In this document: positions 19,615-30,637 of the stretch, piece after piece
Layout: the number at the start of each line of letters is the position of its first letter
Numbering within the stretch: position 1 is the first letter of the stretch
NCBI RefSeq assembly: GCF_003053845.1
Contig: NZ_QAYG01000001.1
Location: forward strand, 252,078 to 316,077
Direction: 5' to 3'
DNA length: 64,000 nt
DNA from: Breoghania corrubedonensis
GTDB taxonomy: Bacteria > Pseudomonadota > Alphaproteobacteria > Rhizobiales > Stappiaceae
Notes under the pieces: model-generated
What the model saw: the letters and a program-made list of their open reading frames with translations, nothing else
Told to the model about the DNA's origin: nothing
Databases searched by the model: none
Translations under genes and position numbers: made by a program

Positions 19615-21237
19615 TCAGGCGCTCAGGCGCTGGCGTTGATACTCCGCCTGTCCCTGCAGGTAGCCGGCGACAGCCTCTGCAGGCATCGGTCTGCCGATGA
19701 GGTAGCCCTGTCCGAAATCGCAGCCCAGACGCTTGAGCGCGAGCATCTGGGCTTCGTCCTCGATGCCCTCCGCCGTGGCGGTGATACCCATACCGTGCGC
19801 GAGGCCAAGCACGGCGGAAATGATCTGCTCGCTTTCGAAACGCTTGCACATGGTGCGCACGAAGGACTGGTCGATCTTGAGCTTGTGGATCGGGAAGTCG
19901 CAGATGTAGCGCAGGCTCGAATGCCCCGTGCCGAAATCGTCCAGCGCGACACGAACGCCCGTGCTGGAGAGGATATCCAGGCTTTCGCGCGCCACCGGAA
20001 CATCGCGCACGAGGGCCGTTTCGGTGATTTCCAGTTCCAGCCGGGCCGGATTGAATCCCAGTTCCCCCAACACGGACAGGATATCGAGGCCGAGCGAGCG
20101 TTCGCGAAGCTGCAAACCGGATATGTTGAAGGACAAGCTGATATCTTTCGGCCAACCGCGTGCCGCGGCGCACGCCTTGCGCAAAAGGCGGTCGCTCAGC
20201 CGTCCGATCTGTCCACTCTCCTCGGCAAGCGAGATGAACCTGTCGGGACGCACCCATCCCAATTCGGGGTCGTTCCAGCGGGCAAGGCACTCGAAAGCAA
20301 TCGTACGCCCGGTTTCAAGATCCTGAATAGGCTGGAAGTAGGGAACGATCCGGTCTTGTGAAATCGCCGTGCGCAGGGCGCTTTCCATGCGTGCAAAATC
20401 CGTGATCGCGCGCTCCATCCGCTCTTCGAAAAGCGCATAGTGAGAGCGCCCCTTGCCCTTCTGCTTGCGCCTTGCCACATCCGCCCGGCGAAGGAGCTGT
20501 GGCGACGTACGCCCATCCAGCGGATAGCGCGCGACACCGATACTGACGGAGATCATCACCTCGTTGCCCAGTACCCGGAAAGGATCCTCCATCGTCAGGA
20601 TCAGATGCTGAACCAACCGGGATATGTCGATTTCGTGCTGGAGCGGCTTCGTCACGAGAGCGAATTCGTTCGCCCCGATCCGCGCGACAACGCCCTCTGC
20701 GCCGATTGCCATTTCGAGGCGGCCTGCCACCGCCAGAAGCAGATTGTCGCCGACCGCATGGCCGTAGGTGTCGTTCACGTGATTGAACGCGTCGACCTTG
20801 AGAACCATGACCGCACGCGGGCTCTCGGCGACTTCGCGAATGGCGGCCGCGAAAAGCCGCTCGAACTTGTAGCGGTTGGGCAACCCCGTCAGCGCATCGT
20901 GCAGGGTCAGGCGTACCACGGCACTCTCTGCCGCACGGCGCAGGCGGATTTCCGTCCTGAGATCGGCCACGCGCCTTGCCGCGTAGATCACTGCGGCGAG
21001 ACCGACCACAAAACCTGCGGACAACAACTCGTCGAGCTGCCAGGCTTCATGCGTGCGCGTGTACCAGAAGAGCAGATCGAACAAGTCGAAATAGGCCGCC
21101 GCGATCAGCAGCGGAATGCTCACGATCACGAGAACGATTGCATCGCGCAATGCCCGTGACGCGAAACGAACGACATAGAAATAGCGCTTGAATCGCAGCA
21201 TGGCCTTACTTCGATCTGTCATTGATAATCGCGGCAC
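19615..21237 (-). CDS. GGDEF-EAL protein, likely c-di-GMP phosphodiesterase
   Basis: N-terminal transmembrane helices. The GGDEF domain has a GANEF motif in place of GG[DE]EF. The EAL domain carries an ECL variant of the EAL motif. Start is ambiguous between GTG 21237, ATG 21222 and ATG 21201. Confidence 0.8.
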   Translation of the reverse strand: MPRLSMTDRSKAMLRFKRYFYVVRFASRALRDAIVLVIVSIPLLIAAAYFDLFDLLFWYTRTHEAWQLDELLSAGFVVGLAAVIYAARRVADLRTEIRLRRAAESAVVRLTLHDALTGLPNRYKFERLFAAAIREVAESPRAVMVLKVDAFNHVNDTYGHAVGDNLLLAVAGRLEMAIGAEGVVARIGANEFALVTKPLQHEIDISRLVQHLILTMEDPFRVLGNEVMISVSIGVARYPLDGRTSPQLLRRADVARRKQKGKGRSHYALFEERMERAITDFARMESALRTAISQDRIVPYFQPIQDLETGRTIAFECLARWNDPELGWVRPDRFISLAEESGQIGRLSDRLLRKACAAARGWPKDISLSFNISGLQLRERSLGLDILSVLGELGFNPARLELEITETALVRDVPVARESLDILSSTGVRVALDDFGTGHSSLRYICDFPIHKLKIDQSFVRTMCKRFESEQIISAVLGLAHGMGITATAEGIEDEAQMLALKRLGCDFGQGYLIGRPMPAEAVAGYLQGQAEYQRQRLSA

Positions 21238-21260
21238 ATCAACACATATAAGGAAATCGT

Positions 21261-21274
21261 TTTACATGTGTAAA
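21261..21274. promoter_or_regulatory. 14 bp perfect palindrome TTTACATGTGTAAA in AT-rich divergent region
   Basis: Seen directly. The region 21238-21480 is about 38% GC, against about 64% flanking. Confidence 0.3.
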
Positions 21275-21531
21275 TTCATAATAATAGGTATCATTACTAT
21301 CAATTTCGAATAGTTGTTTATACTTACTGACGCAAGACACTGAATCGAGACGCATTTCGAAGTGAAATCGCCCGTTCCCCAAACGCGGGCATACCAGTGC
21401 ATGACCGGCCACGCGCGGCCAGTTTTGATACGGCTTTCACGCAAGCGGGCCGAGAGACGTGACAAGGCGAGCGCAACTTGCTAACCGACTGTCCTTGAAT
21501 TCTCATTCATCGTGCCCCGAAAGCGAACCCG

Positions 21532-23610
21532 ATGTCCGATCTCCTCCTCGAACTGTTCTGCGAGGAAATCCCGGCGCGCATGCAACGTCGCGCCGCGGAA
21601 GACCTGAAGTCCATGGTCACCAACGCGCTTGTTGATGCGGGTCTTGTCTATGAAGGCGCAAAGGCCTTCGCCACACCGCGCCGACTGGCGTTGCAGGTGG
21701 CCGGATTGCCGACACGCTCTCCGCAAACGCGTGAGGAACGCAAGGGCCCTCGTGTGGGTGCTCCGGAAAAGGCGCTTGAGGGATTTCTGCGCGGCGCCGG
21801 GCTCTCCTCCATCGACGAGGCCAAGGTCGTCTCCGACCCGAAGAAGGGCGACTTCTATGTCGCCGTCATCGAGAAGCCCGGTCGTGAAGCGGCCGAGGTG
21901 ATCTCGACGATCGTCGCCGAGACGATCCGCAAGTTCCCCTGGCCGAAATCGATGCGCTGGGGCGCGGCCTCGAGCGAACCGGGCTCCTTGCGCTGGGTGC
22001 GGCCGCTTCACTCGATCCTTTGTACTTTCGGGCCGGAAACGGAAGAGCCTGACGTCATCACGGTCGATATCGAAGGGGTTTCCAGCGGCAACACGACCAA
22101 AGGCCATCGTTTCCTGGCGCCCGACGCCTTTGAGGTGCGCCGTTTCGACGATTACGTGCCGAAGCTGGAGAAGGCGAAGGTCGTGCTCGATGCGGATCGG
22201 CGCAAGGACATCATCGCCCACGATGCGCGCGACCGGGCGCTCGCGCTGGGGCTGGAACTGGTGGAGGACGCCGGGCTGCTGGACGAGGTCGCGGGACTTG
22301 TCGAATGGCCGGTGGTTCTGGTCGGCTCCTTCGACGAGGCTTTCCTCGAGGTCCCCGACGAGGTGATCCGCGCCACGATCCGTGCCAACCAGAAATGCTT
22401 CGTGATGAAGGACCCAGCGACGGGGCGCCTCGCCAATTGCTTCGTGCTGGGTTCCAATCTGGAGGCCGCCGACGGGGGAGCCGCGATCATCGCGGGCAAC
22501 GAAAAGGTGATCCGCGCCCGGTTGTCGGACGCCAAGTTCTTCTGGGACAGTGACCTGAAGACCCGGCTGGCGGACAACGTGGCGAAGCTGGAAAGCATCG
22601 TCTTCCACGAAAAGCTCGGAACGCTAGGCGCGCGCGTCAAGCGCATGGAAGCGCTGAGCGCGGCGATCGCGCCGCGGGTGGGAGCGGACGCCGACAAGGC
22701 GACGCGCGCCGCCCATCTCTCCAAAGCCGATCTCGTCAGCCACATGGTCTACGAGTTCCCGGAAGTGCAGGGCCTGATGGGGCGCTACTACGCCACCCAC
22801 CAGGGCGAGGACGCGGCGGTCGCCAACGCCATCGAGCAGCACTACAAGCCGCAGGGGCCGTCCGACGAGGTGCCCGTCGATCCGGTGGCGATCGCGGTGG
22901 CGCTCGCCGACAAGCTTGATCTTCTCACCGGTTTCTGGGCGATCGACGAAAAGCCGACCGGCTCCAAGGACCCTTACGCGCTGCGCCGCGCCGCGCTGGG
23001 CGTGATCCGCATCGTGCTGGCAAACGGGCTGCGACTGCCGCTTCTCAAGATCTTTGAAAAGGCCCGGCCTGATTTCGCCGAGGCGGGAGATCTTCTCTCC
23101 TTCTTCGCCGACCGGCTGAAGGTGCACCTGCGCGAGGAAGGCGCACGGCACGATCTGATCGACGCCGTGTTCGCCCTGCCCGGCCAGGACGACCTGCTGA
23201 TGGTCGTCAAGCGGGTGGAGGCGCTCGGCCACTTCCTGGAAACGGAAGATGGCGCTTCGCTTCTCGCCGGCACCAAGCGGGCGACGAACATTCTGCGGAT
23301 TGAGGAAAAGAAGTTCGAGAAGACCTACTCGGGCAAGCCGCACGCCGATCATCTCGTCGAACAGGCAGAGATCGACCTCGCCGCCGCGGTCGATGCCGCA
23401 CGCGCGGAAGCCGAGCAGGCAGTGAAGCACGAGGATTTCGCCGCCGCCATGACGGCGCTCGCCAAGCTGCGCGCGCCTGTCGACCGGTTCTTCGAAGAAA
23501 TCCTCGTCAACGCCGAAGACATGACGGTTCGCGAGAACCGGCTGAAGCTCCTGAACGAGATCCGCGAAGCCACGATGACGGTGGCCGATTTCTCCCGGAT
23601 CGAGGGTTAA
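21532..23610 (+). CDS. glyS: Glycine--tRNA ligase beta subunit
   Basis: Full-length GlyS similarity (692 aa). Confidence 0.9.
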   Translation: MSDLLLELFCEEIPARMQRRAAEDLKSMVTNALVDAGLVYEGAKAFATPRRLALQVAGLPTRSPQTREERKGPRVGAPEKALEGFLRGAGLSSIDEAKVVSDPKKGDFYVAVIEKPGREAAEVISTIVAETIRKFPWPKSMRWGAASSEPGSLRWVRPLHSILCTFGPETEEPDVITVDIEGVSSGNTTKGHRFLAPDAFEVRRFDDYVPKLEKAKVVLDADRRKDIIAHDARDRALALGLELVEDAGLLDEVAGLVEWPVVLVGSFDEAFLEVPDEVIRATIRANQKCFVMKDPATGRLANCFVLGSNLEAADGGAAIIAGNEKVIRARLSDAKFFWDSDLKTRLADNVAKLESIVFHEKLGTLGARVKRMEALSAAIAPRVGADADKATRAAHLSKADLVSHMVYEFPEVQGLMGRYYATHQGEDAAVANAIEQHYKPQGPSDEVPVDPVAIAVALADKLDLLTGFWAIDEKPTGSKDPYALRRAALGVIRIVLANGLRLPLLKIFEKARPDFAEAGDLLSFFADRLKVHLREEGARHDLIDAVFALPGQDDLLMVVKRVEALGHFLETEDGASLLAGTKRATNILRIEEKKFEKTYSGKPHADHLVEQAEIDLAAAVDAARAEAEQAVKHEDFAAAMTALAKLRAPVDRFFEEILVNAEDMTVRENRLKLLNEIREATMTVADFSRIEG

Positions 23611-23617
23611 AGAGCCC

Positions 23618-23644
23618 AGGCGAGGGCGCCGCGCGCCTTCGCCT
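23618..23644. terminator. GC-rich hairpin between convergent glyS and moaB
   Basis: AGGCGAGGGCGCC/GCGCGCCTTCGCCT inverted repeat with one mismatch. A T-tail is absent, so intrinsic termination is uncertain. Confidence 0.35.
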
Positions 23645-23650
23645 CACGCC

Positions 23651-24208
23651 TCACGCCTCACGCAGCTTGCCGCGCTTCAGATGCTCATCAAGGCGCGGCA
23701 TGATCTCCACGAAATTGCACGGCATGTGACGATAATCGAGCTGGGCCTTGAGAATGCCGTCCCAGGCGTCCTTGCAGGCGCCGGGAGAGCCGGGCAGCAC
23801 GAAGATGTAGGTCGCGTTCGCCACCCCGCCGGTCGCCCTCGACTGCACGGTGGATGTGCCGATCTTGTCGTAGGAAATGCGGTGGAAGACCTGCGAGAAG
23901 CCGTCCATGCGCTTCTCGAACAGCGGCTCGATCGCTTCCGGCGTCACGTCACGGCCGGTGAAGCCCGTTCCACCGGTGGTGATGATCACGTCGATCCCCT
24001 CGTCGGCAATCCAGGTCTTCACGATCGCGCTAATAGCGCCGATCTCGTCTTGCACGATATCGCGGGTCGTAAGCACATGGCCGGCCTCCACGATCCTCGC
24101 GGCAAGTGCAGCGCCGGAGCGATCCTCATCAAGGGATCGGGTGTCGGAGACCGTCAGCACCGCAATGCGCACAGGGATGAAAGGACGGCTTTCGTCGAGA
24201 TGATTCAT
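23651..24208 (-). CDS. moaB: Molybdenum cofactor biosynthesis protein B (MoaB/MogA family)
   Basis: MoaB motifs (TGGTGF..RD.TPEA). Confidence 0.8.
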   Translation of the reverse strand: MNHLDESRPFIPVRIAVLTVSDTRSLDEDRSGAALAARIVEAGHVLTTRDIVQDEIGAISAIVKTWIADEGIDVIITTGGTGFTGRDVTPEAIEPLFEKRMDGFSQVFHRISYDKIGTSTVQSRATGGVANATYIFVLPGSPGACKDAWDGILKAQLDYRHMPCNFVEIMPRLDEHLKRGKLREA

Positions 24209-24547
24209 GGAATTCCGGTTTTTCCGTATCAGAACTGAGCTTGCCGCCTTCGCGACCTTAAACCCGCCGCGACGGCAGGCAGCATACCGTCTACCACCGG
24301 CAGGCCGCCATCCCGGCGCGGAAAAAGCGGCTCACAAGCGCCATCGCAGTGAATACCTCCCCCATGCGACGAAATCTCCTGAGAGAGAGCTTGTCAGCTT
24401 TGCTGCCAACGGCGCAAAATGGCCCCTTGGAAAACAATAAGGGACGCTTGGCGTCAATAGTAGCGCGCGCATGGACTTTCGTTCCTTTTCAGAACGATTT
24501 CCGGCGTGACGGTCATGGCGCGAAGATTTCCAGCGGGAAAGTGTCGA

Positions 24548-25207
24548 ATGAATCCGGGGCTGAGGGTCAGCGAGTATTGCGAGCGCATCGACGCTTCGTT
24601 CTGGGCCGAGCCCGCCAATGCCGTTTCAAACATTGCCTTCATCGCGACGGCGATCGGTATTTTTTGGCTCTTGCCGCGCAAGGGCCCGCGTGACTATCCG
24701 GTTCTGCTGCTCATCGCGCTCACTGTCCTGATGGGCATCGGTTCGTTCCTGTACCACACCACCCCTTCGCGTCTGACCGCCATCGCCGACGTTCTGCCGA
24801 TCGGCCTGTTCATTTATGCGAGCTTCTTCATCGCAATCATGCGGTTCCTGGCATTGCGCCTCATCACCACGATCTGGGTGACAGCGGCTTTCATCGCCGT
24901 TTCGCTTGCGGTCTCGATGAGCCTGCAACACGTCATCGGCACGTCGGCCGGCTATGCGCCCGCGCTCCTCGCGCTGTTCGGCGTCGGCCTCGTCACTCTC
25001 CCGTACCGCCGCAAGATCGGTACCGGCATGATCATGACGGGGCTGATGTTCACGCTCTCGCTGAGCTTGCGAACGATGGATTACGCGGTCTGCGACTGGT
25101 TTCCGATCGGCACGCATTTCATGTGGCACGCACTCAATTCGGTCGTCGCCTACATGCTGCTTCGCCTGATCGTTCATGCCCGCCGGCCCGGCACATTCGA
25201 GCACTGA
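24548..25207 (+). CDS. Ceramidase-family integral membrane protein
   Basis: Seven-transmembrane protein whose pattern matches the alkaline ceramidase (PF05875-like) family. The start was chosen at MNPGLRV; the upstream GTG at 24506 lacks a ribosome binding site. Family call from memory. Confidence 0.55.
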   Translation: MNPGLRVSEYCERIDASFWAEPANAVSNIAFIATAIGIFWLLPRKGPRDYPVLLLIALTVLMGIGSFLYHTTPSRLTAIADVLPIGLFIYASFFIAIMRFLALRLITTIWVTAAFIAVSLAVSMSLQHVIGTSAGYAPALLALFGVGLVTLPYRRKIGTGMIMTGLMFTLSLSLRTMDYAVCDWFPIGTHFMWHALNSVVAYMLLRLIVHARRPGTFEH

Positions 25208-25338
25208 AGCATCCGCCCCAGGCGCGGACGCCGAAAAACCACTTCGTTTTCGGCATTTTGCGTGATGCCTCCGTTTCCATAGCGCGGCAGCTTGTTCTAA
25301 GGTGCGGCAAAATTCCCGCATAACGAAGCAGGCACGTC

Positions 25339-27648
25339 ATGGATCAATCGCCCACGCAGATCAGCGAGCTCGAAGAGGCTGCGCTTTTCTATCACCGCTA
25401 TCCGCGTCCCGGGAAACTCGAGATCCAGGCAACCAAGCCGCTCGGCAACCAGCGGGATCTGGCGCTCGCCTATTCGCCGGGCGTCGCCGCCCCCTGCCGG
25501 GCGATCGCAGACAATCCGGACCTGGCTGCCGACTTCACCAGTCGGGGCAATCTCGTCGCCGTCGTTTCCAACGGCACGGCGGTGCTCGGTCTGGGTTCGA
25601 TCGGCCCGTTGGCCTCCAAGCCGGTGATGGAAGGCAAGGCGGTCCTGTTCAAGAAATTCGCCGGCATCGATGTCTTCGACATCGAGATCGACGCCAAGGA
25701 GGTCGACCGAATGGTCGACGTCATCTCCGCTCTGGAGCCGACCTTCGGCGGCATCAACCTTGAGGACATCAAGGCGCCGGAATGCTTCCAGGTCGAGGCA
25801 CGCCTGCGCGAGAAGATGAACATTCCGGTCTTCCACGACGACCAGCACGGAACGGCGATCATCGTGGCGGCGGCCGTGCGCAACGCCATGGAATTCACCG
25901 GCAAGGACATTTCCAAGGTCAAGATCGTCGCCTCGGGCGCCGGTGCGGCGGCGCTCGCCTGCCTGAACCTGCTGGTGTCGCTGGGCGCAAGTCTTGAGAA
26001 CATCTGGGTCACGGATCTGGCCGGCGTCGTCTACGAGGGCCGTGCCGAGCTCATGGACGAATGGAAATCGAAGTTCGTGCGCAAGACCGACAAGCGCAAA
26101 CTCGGCGAAGTGATCGACGGAGCGGACATCTTCCTCGGCGTTTCCGCCGGCGGCGTGCTGAAGCCCGACATGGTGGCGCGCATGGCGGACAGGCCGCTTA
26201 TCCTGGCGCTTGCCAACCCGAACCCGGAAATCATGCCGGAACAGGTCGCAGAGGTGCGCGACGATGCCATGATGTGCACCGGGCGTTCCGACTACCCCAA
26301 CCAGGTGAACAACGTCCTGTGTTTTCCGCACATCTTCCGCGGGGCGCTCGATGTGGGCGCAACGACGATCAACGAGGAAATGAAGCTCGCCGCCGCTACC
26401 GCGATCGCGGAGCTTGCCAAGGAAGAGCCTTCGGAAGCCGCCGCCCAGGCCTATGGCGGCAACACGCCAGTCTTCGGACCGACCTACCTGATCCCCTCCC
26501 CCTTCGACCAGCGCCTCATCCTGCGGATCGCGCCGGCTGTAGCGAAGGCCGCGATGGAAAGCGGCGTGGCGCGCCGGCCGATCGAGGATTTCGAGGCCTA
26601 TCTCGATCAGCTCAACCGCTTCGTCTTCCGTTCCGGGCTGATCATGAAGCCGGTATTTGCCGCCGCCAAGCTGGACGCCAAGCGCGTCATTTATGCCGAT
26701 GGCGAAGACGAACGCGTGCTGCGTGCGGCCCAGGTATTGATCGAGGACGGAACCGCCAAGCCGATCCTGATCGGGCGGCCGAGCGTTCTTGCCACGCGCT
26801 GCGAGCGGTTCGGCCTGCACATTCGTCCCGGCGCGGATTTCGACTTCATCAACCCGGAGGACGATCCGCGCTATCGGGACTATGTGGACGAGCTGCTTTG
26901 CTGCGTCGGCCGCAAGGGCGTGACGCCCGAAGGCGCGCGACGGCTCGTGCGCGGCAACACCACCGCCATCGGTGCGCTGGCGGTGCGCCGTGGAGATGCC
27001 GACGCACTGATCTGCGGCCTCGACGGGCGGTTCGACCGACACCGCATGATGATCGAACAGGTCATCGGCCGAGCGGCCGGTGTACGCGCGCTCTCCACCA
27101 TGTCGCTGCTGATCAACGCCAGCGGCGCCTACTTCCTGACCGACACCTATGTCACCGACAATCCGACGGCGGAGGAAGTGGCGGAGATGACGCTGCTTGC
27201 GGCCGGCCAGATCGCCCGTTTCGGAATCACGCCGAAGGTCGCGCTGCTGTCCAGCTCGAATTTCGGATCGCGCAATTGCGACTCGTCGAAGAAGATGCGC
27301 GCGGCCGTCGATCTGCTGTGGAACGTGGCGCCGGATCTGGAAGTGGACGGCGAGATGCACGGCGATGCGGCGTTGTCGGAGGAGCTGCGCGCTCGCGTCG
27401 TGTCGGATTCGAAGCTGGAAGGCGCCGCGAACCTTCTTGTCTTCCCCTCGCTGGAAGCCGCCAACATCGCCCTCAACCTGCTGAAGGTGATGACCGACGC
27501 GCTCCATGTCGGCCCGATCCTGCTCGGCGGCGCGAGGCCCGCGCACATTCTCACGCCGTCGGTCACCTCGCGCGGCGTCGTTAACATGTCGGCTTTTGCC
27601 GCAGTGGAAGCACAGGCGATCGGGAACGCGGAGCAGGCAGCCGAGTAG
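25339..27648 (+). CDS. maeB: NADP-dependent malic enzyme with C-terminal phosphotransacetylase-like domain
   Basis: 769 aa. N-terminal malic enzyme domain (GLGSIGP...) plus a PTA-like C-terminus, the typical MaeB architecture. Confidence 0.9.
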   Translation: MDQSPTQISELEEAALFYHRYPRPGKLEIQATKPLGNQRDLALAYSPGVAAPCRAIADNPDLAADFTSRGNLVAVVSNGTAVLGLGSIGPLASKPVMEGKAVLFKKFAGIDVFDIEIDAKEVDRMVDVISALEPTFGGINLEDIKAPECFQVEARLREKMNIPVFHDDQHGTAIIVAAAVRNAMEFTGKDISKVKIVASGAGAAALACLNLLVSLGASLENIWVTDLAGVVYEGRAELMDEWKSKFVRKTDKRKLGEVIDGADIFLGVSAGGVLKPDMVARMADRPLILALANPNPEIMPEQVAEVRDDAMMCTGRSDYPNQVNNVLCFPHIFRGALDVGATTINEEMKLAAATAIAELAKEEPSEAAAQAYGGNTPVFGPTYLIPSPFDQRLILRIAPAVAKAAMESGVARRPIEDFEAYLDQLNRFVFRSGLIMKPVFAAAKLDAKRVIYADGEDERVLRAAQVLIEDGTAKPILIGRPSVLATRCERFGLHIRPGADFDFINPEDDPRYRDYVDELLCCVGRKGVTPEGARRLVRGNTTAIGALAVRRGDADALICGLDGRFDRHRMMIEQVIGRAAGVRALSTMSLLINASGAYFLTDTYVTDNPTAEEVAEMTLLAAGQIARFGITPKVALLSSSNFGSRNCDSSKKMRAAVDLLWNVAPDLEVDGEMHGDAALSEELRARVVSDSKLEGAANLLVFPSLEAANIALNLLKVMTDALHVGPILLGGARPAHILTPSVTSRGVVNMSAFAAVEAQAIGNAEQAAE

Positions 27649-27760
27649 GCAGCCAGCCGCAAGCCCGCTCCGCAGGGAAAGAACACCCGGACAATCATTT
27701 TTTTCTGCATTGAATTCCGCGAGATCCAGTAGCGGACCTTTACCCACAACAGACAAGAAA

Positions 27761-27784
27761 GCCCCACCGGCAAACCGGCGGGGC
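27761..27784. terminator. Bidirectional hairpin terminator between maeB and the ETF-QO gene
   Basis: GCCCCACCGG-caaa-CCGGCGGGGC stem-loop with T-rich flanks on the minus strand. Confidence 0.5.
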
Positions 27785-27829
27785 TTGTGGATCCGGAGAG
27801 GACCATTCGCGGCTCGCGACGCGCGCCTC

Positions 27830-29518
27830 TCACATATTCGGGTAGTTCGGTCCGCCTCCGCCTTCCGGCACCGTCCAGGTGATGTTCTGGTTCGGATCCT
27901 TGATGTCGCAGGTCTTGCAGTGGACGCAGTTCTGCGCGTTGATCTGGAAGCGCGGCGCGTCCGCGCCTTCCTCGATCCACTCGTAGACGCCGGCCGGGCA
28001 ATAGCGGTTGGACGGACCGGCATAGACGTCGTGTTCCGAGGCCTTCTGCAATTCCATGTCCTTCACCTTGAGGTGGATCGGCTGGTCCTCCTCATGGTTG
28101 GTATTGGACAGGAACACCGAGGAGAGCTTGTCGAAGCTGATCACGCCATCGGGCTTGGGATAGTCGATCGGCTTGCACTCCGCCGCCGGCTTCAGGGTCG
28201 CTGAGTCCGGCTTGCCGTGGCTCAGCGTGCCAAAGAACGAGAAACCGAACAGCGTGTTGGTCCACATGTCGAGCCCGCCAAGGCCGATGCCGATCCAGGT
28301 TCCGAGCTTCGACCACAGGGGCTTGACGTTCCTGACCGTCTTCAGGTCCTTGCCGATATCGCCGTCGCGCCATTCGCTCTCGAACTCGGCAAGTTCGTCG
28401 TTCGCGCGGCCTTCCTTGAGCGCCGCGAACGCCTTCTCCGCCGCCAGCATGCCCGACAGCATCGCATTGTGCGTGCCCTTGATGCGCGGCACGTTCAGGA
28501 AACCGGCCGCACAGCCGAGAAGCACGCCGCCGGGGAAGCAGACCTTCGGCACCGACTGCCAGCCGCCTTCGGAAATGGCACGCGCGCCGTAGGAGATGCG
28601 CTTGCCTCCCTCGAAGACCTCGCGGATCGCCGGGTGCGTCTTGAAACGCTGGAACTCGTCAAAGGGCGACAGGTACGGGTTCTGGTAGTTGAGGTGGAGG
28701 ACGAAACCGACCGCGACCTGATTGTCCTCCAGATGATAGAGGAACGATCCGCCGCCGGTCCGCGAATCGAGCGGCCAGCCGAAGGTGTGCTGGACGAGGC
28801 CCTGCTGGTGCTTTTCCGGCGCGACCTGCCAGAGCTCCTTGAGGCCGATGCCGAACTTCCCCGGATCGCGCCCCTTGTCGAGTTCGTACTTCGCGATGAG
28901 CTGCTTGGCGAGCGAGCCGCGCACACCTTCGCCGATGAAGACGTACTTGCCCAGCAGCGCCATGCCGCGCGTGTAGTTGGGGCCTTGCTCGCCCTCGCGG
29001 GTCACCCCCATGTCGCCGGTCGCGACGCCGATGACGCGGCCTTCGTCGTCATAGAGCACTTCGGAGGCGGCAAAGCCCGGGTAGATCTCGACGCCCAGTT
29101 CCTCCGCCTTGCCGGCGAGCCAGCGGCACACGTTCCCGAGCGAAACGATGTAGGCGCCGTGATTGTTCATCAGCGGCGGCATCATGAAATTGGGAAGGCT
29201 CATCGCACCGGCCGGCCCCAGCACCATGAACTTGTCCTTGGTGACGGGGGTCTTGAGCGGGGCGCTGTCATCGTCGCGCCAACCCGGAATCAGTCGGTCG
29301 ATGGCGATAGGATCCACGACCGCGCCGGAGAGGATGTGGGCGCCAACCTCGGACCCCTTTTCCAGAACGACCACCGAAAGCTCTTCGCCGGCTTCCATGG
29401 AAAGCTGTTTGAGGCGGATCGCGGCCGAAAGCCCCGCAGGCCCCGCCCCCACGATCACCACGTCGAATTCCATGCTTTCGCGTTCTGGCAGAGCTTCGCC
29501 ATCGGCCATGTCTGTCAC
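27830..29518 (-). CDS. Electron-transfer flavoprotein:ubiquinone oxidoreductase
   Basis: FAD-binding VVIVGAGPAG N-terminus and a C-terminal 4Fe-4S motif CVHCKTCDIKDP. Full-length ETF-QO similarity. Confidence 0.9.
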   Translation of the reverse strand: MTDMADGEALPERESMEFDVVIVGAGPAGLSAAIRLKQLSMEAGEELSVVVLEKGSEVGAHILSGAVVDPIAIDRLIPGWRDDDSAPLKTPVTKDKFMVLGPAGAMSLPNFMMPPLMNNHGAYIVSLGNVCRWLAGKAEELGVEIYPGFAASEVLYDDEGRVIGVATGDMGVTREGEQGPNYTRGMALLGKYVFIGEGVRGSLAKQLIAKYELDKGRDPGKFGIGLKELWQVAPEKHQQGLVQHTFGWPLDSRTGGGSFLYHLEDNQVAVGFVLHLNYQNPYLSPFDEFQRFKTHPAIREVFEGGKRISYGARAISEGGWQSVPKVCFPGGVLLGCAAGFLNVPRIKGTHNAMLSGMLAAEKAFAALKEGRANDELAEFESEWRDGDIGKDLKTVRNVKPLWSKLGTWIGIGLGGLDMWTNTLFGFSFFGTLSHGKPDSATLKPAAECKPIDYPKPDGVISFDKLSSVFLSNTNHEEDQPIHLKVKDMELQKASEHDVYAGPSNRYCPAGVYEWIEEGADAPRFQINAQNCVHCKTCDIKDPNQNITWTVPEGGGGPNYPNM

Positions 29519-29728
29519 CTCCGGTCCGGTCGTTGCCGGACTTCCCCTGTTTGTCTTTCCGCCCCTGTTTAAATGACCGCAACGGGGGCTGCAATGCGCT
29601 CAGTTGACCTCGCTGGACAACGATTTTTCCATGCGGTTCAGGCCGTTTGCGCCGTGACTTTACAATAGAACACACCTGCCGCAGGGACAGCCTTGCCTTA
29701 TGCCGTGCGCTGCGTCATTAAAACCGGG

Positions 29729-30637
29729 ATGAGCGCCACCCCGACCTCCGCCGATCTGGAAGCCCTGCTCGACTTTTATGTCGCGGCCGGCGTCGATTGC
29801 GCGCTTTGCGACGAACCGATCGACCGTTTCGAGGAAACGGCAAAGGCCGCGGCGAGACCCAAGCCCCGGGCAGCCCCCCTACCTGCAGCCGGACAGCGCC
29901 CGGCAGCGGCAGGCCGCCCTGGGGAACAAGCGGCACAGGCTTCCCCCTCGTCCCCGCGCCTTGCGCGGCCGACGCCCAGTCAACTGCCTGTAGCGCCGAT
30001 CACGCCCACCGCCGGAGCCACGATTCCGGGGGACGAGGCGATCATGGCTGCGAGGGAGAAGGCGGCCGAAGCCGAGACGCTTGAGGACCTGCGCACGAAC
30101 CTCGCCGGTTTTGAAGGTTGCAACCTGCGCCTTACCGCAAAGAATCTGGTCTTCGCGGACGGAAACCCCCAGGCGCGACTGATGTTCGTCGGCGAGGCGC
30201 CGGGCCGCGAGGAAGATGCGCAGGGACTGCCCTTCGTCGGACGTTCCGGCAAACTGCTGGACCGCATGCTGACCGCTATCGGGCTTGAACGAACGGACGT
30301 CTATATCGCCAACGTCGTGCCCTGGCGGCCGCCGGGCAACCGAACGCCCAGCCCGCAGGAAGCGGAAATCTGCAAGCCTTTCATCCGCCGGCAGATCGAA
30401 CTTGTCGATCCGGACGTGCTGGTCTTCCTCGGCGGCGCCTCGGCGAAGCTTCTGGCGGGAACGAACGACGGCATCCTGCGGCTTCGTGGCAAGTGGCTGA
30501 GCTACGACACGGGCACGCGACAGATCAAGGCGATCGCCACGCTGCACCCCGCCTACCTTCTCAGGACGCCGATACAGAAGCGGCTGGCCTGGCGGGATTT
30601 TCTGAAAATCAAGGCGGCGCTCGACGAGCGGTCGTAA
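29729..30637 (+). CDS. Uracil-DNA glycosylase, family 4, with Ala/Pro-rich N-terminal extension
   Basis: The C-terminal 200 aa carry UDG family 4 motifs ([30 protein letters not shown]). Start may be 29693 or 29729. Confidence 0.75.
   Translation: MSATPTSADLEALLDFYVAAGVDCALCDEPIDRFEETAKAAARPKPRAAPLPAAGQRPAAAGRPGEQAAQASPSSPRLARPTPSQLPVAPITPTAGATIPGDEAIMAAREKAAEAETLEDLRTNLAGFEGCNLRLTAKNLVFADGNPQARLMFVGEAPGREEDAQGLPFVGRSGKLLDRMLTAIGLERTDVYIANVVPWRPPGNRTPSPQEAEICKPFIRRQIELVDPDVLVFLGGASAKLLAGTNDGILRLRGKWLSYDTGTRQIKAIATLHPAYLLRTPIQKRLAWRDFLKIKAALDERS

Noticed and set aside
25297-28023. 908 aa minus-strand ORF antisense to maeB
   Set aside because: maeB on the plus strand is unambiguous. The antisense product is low-complexity.
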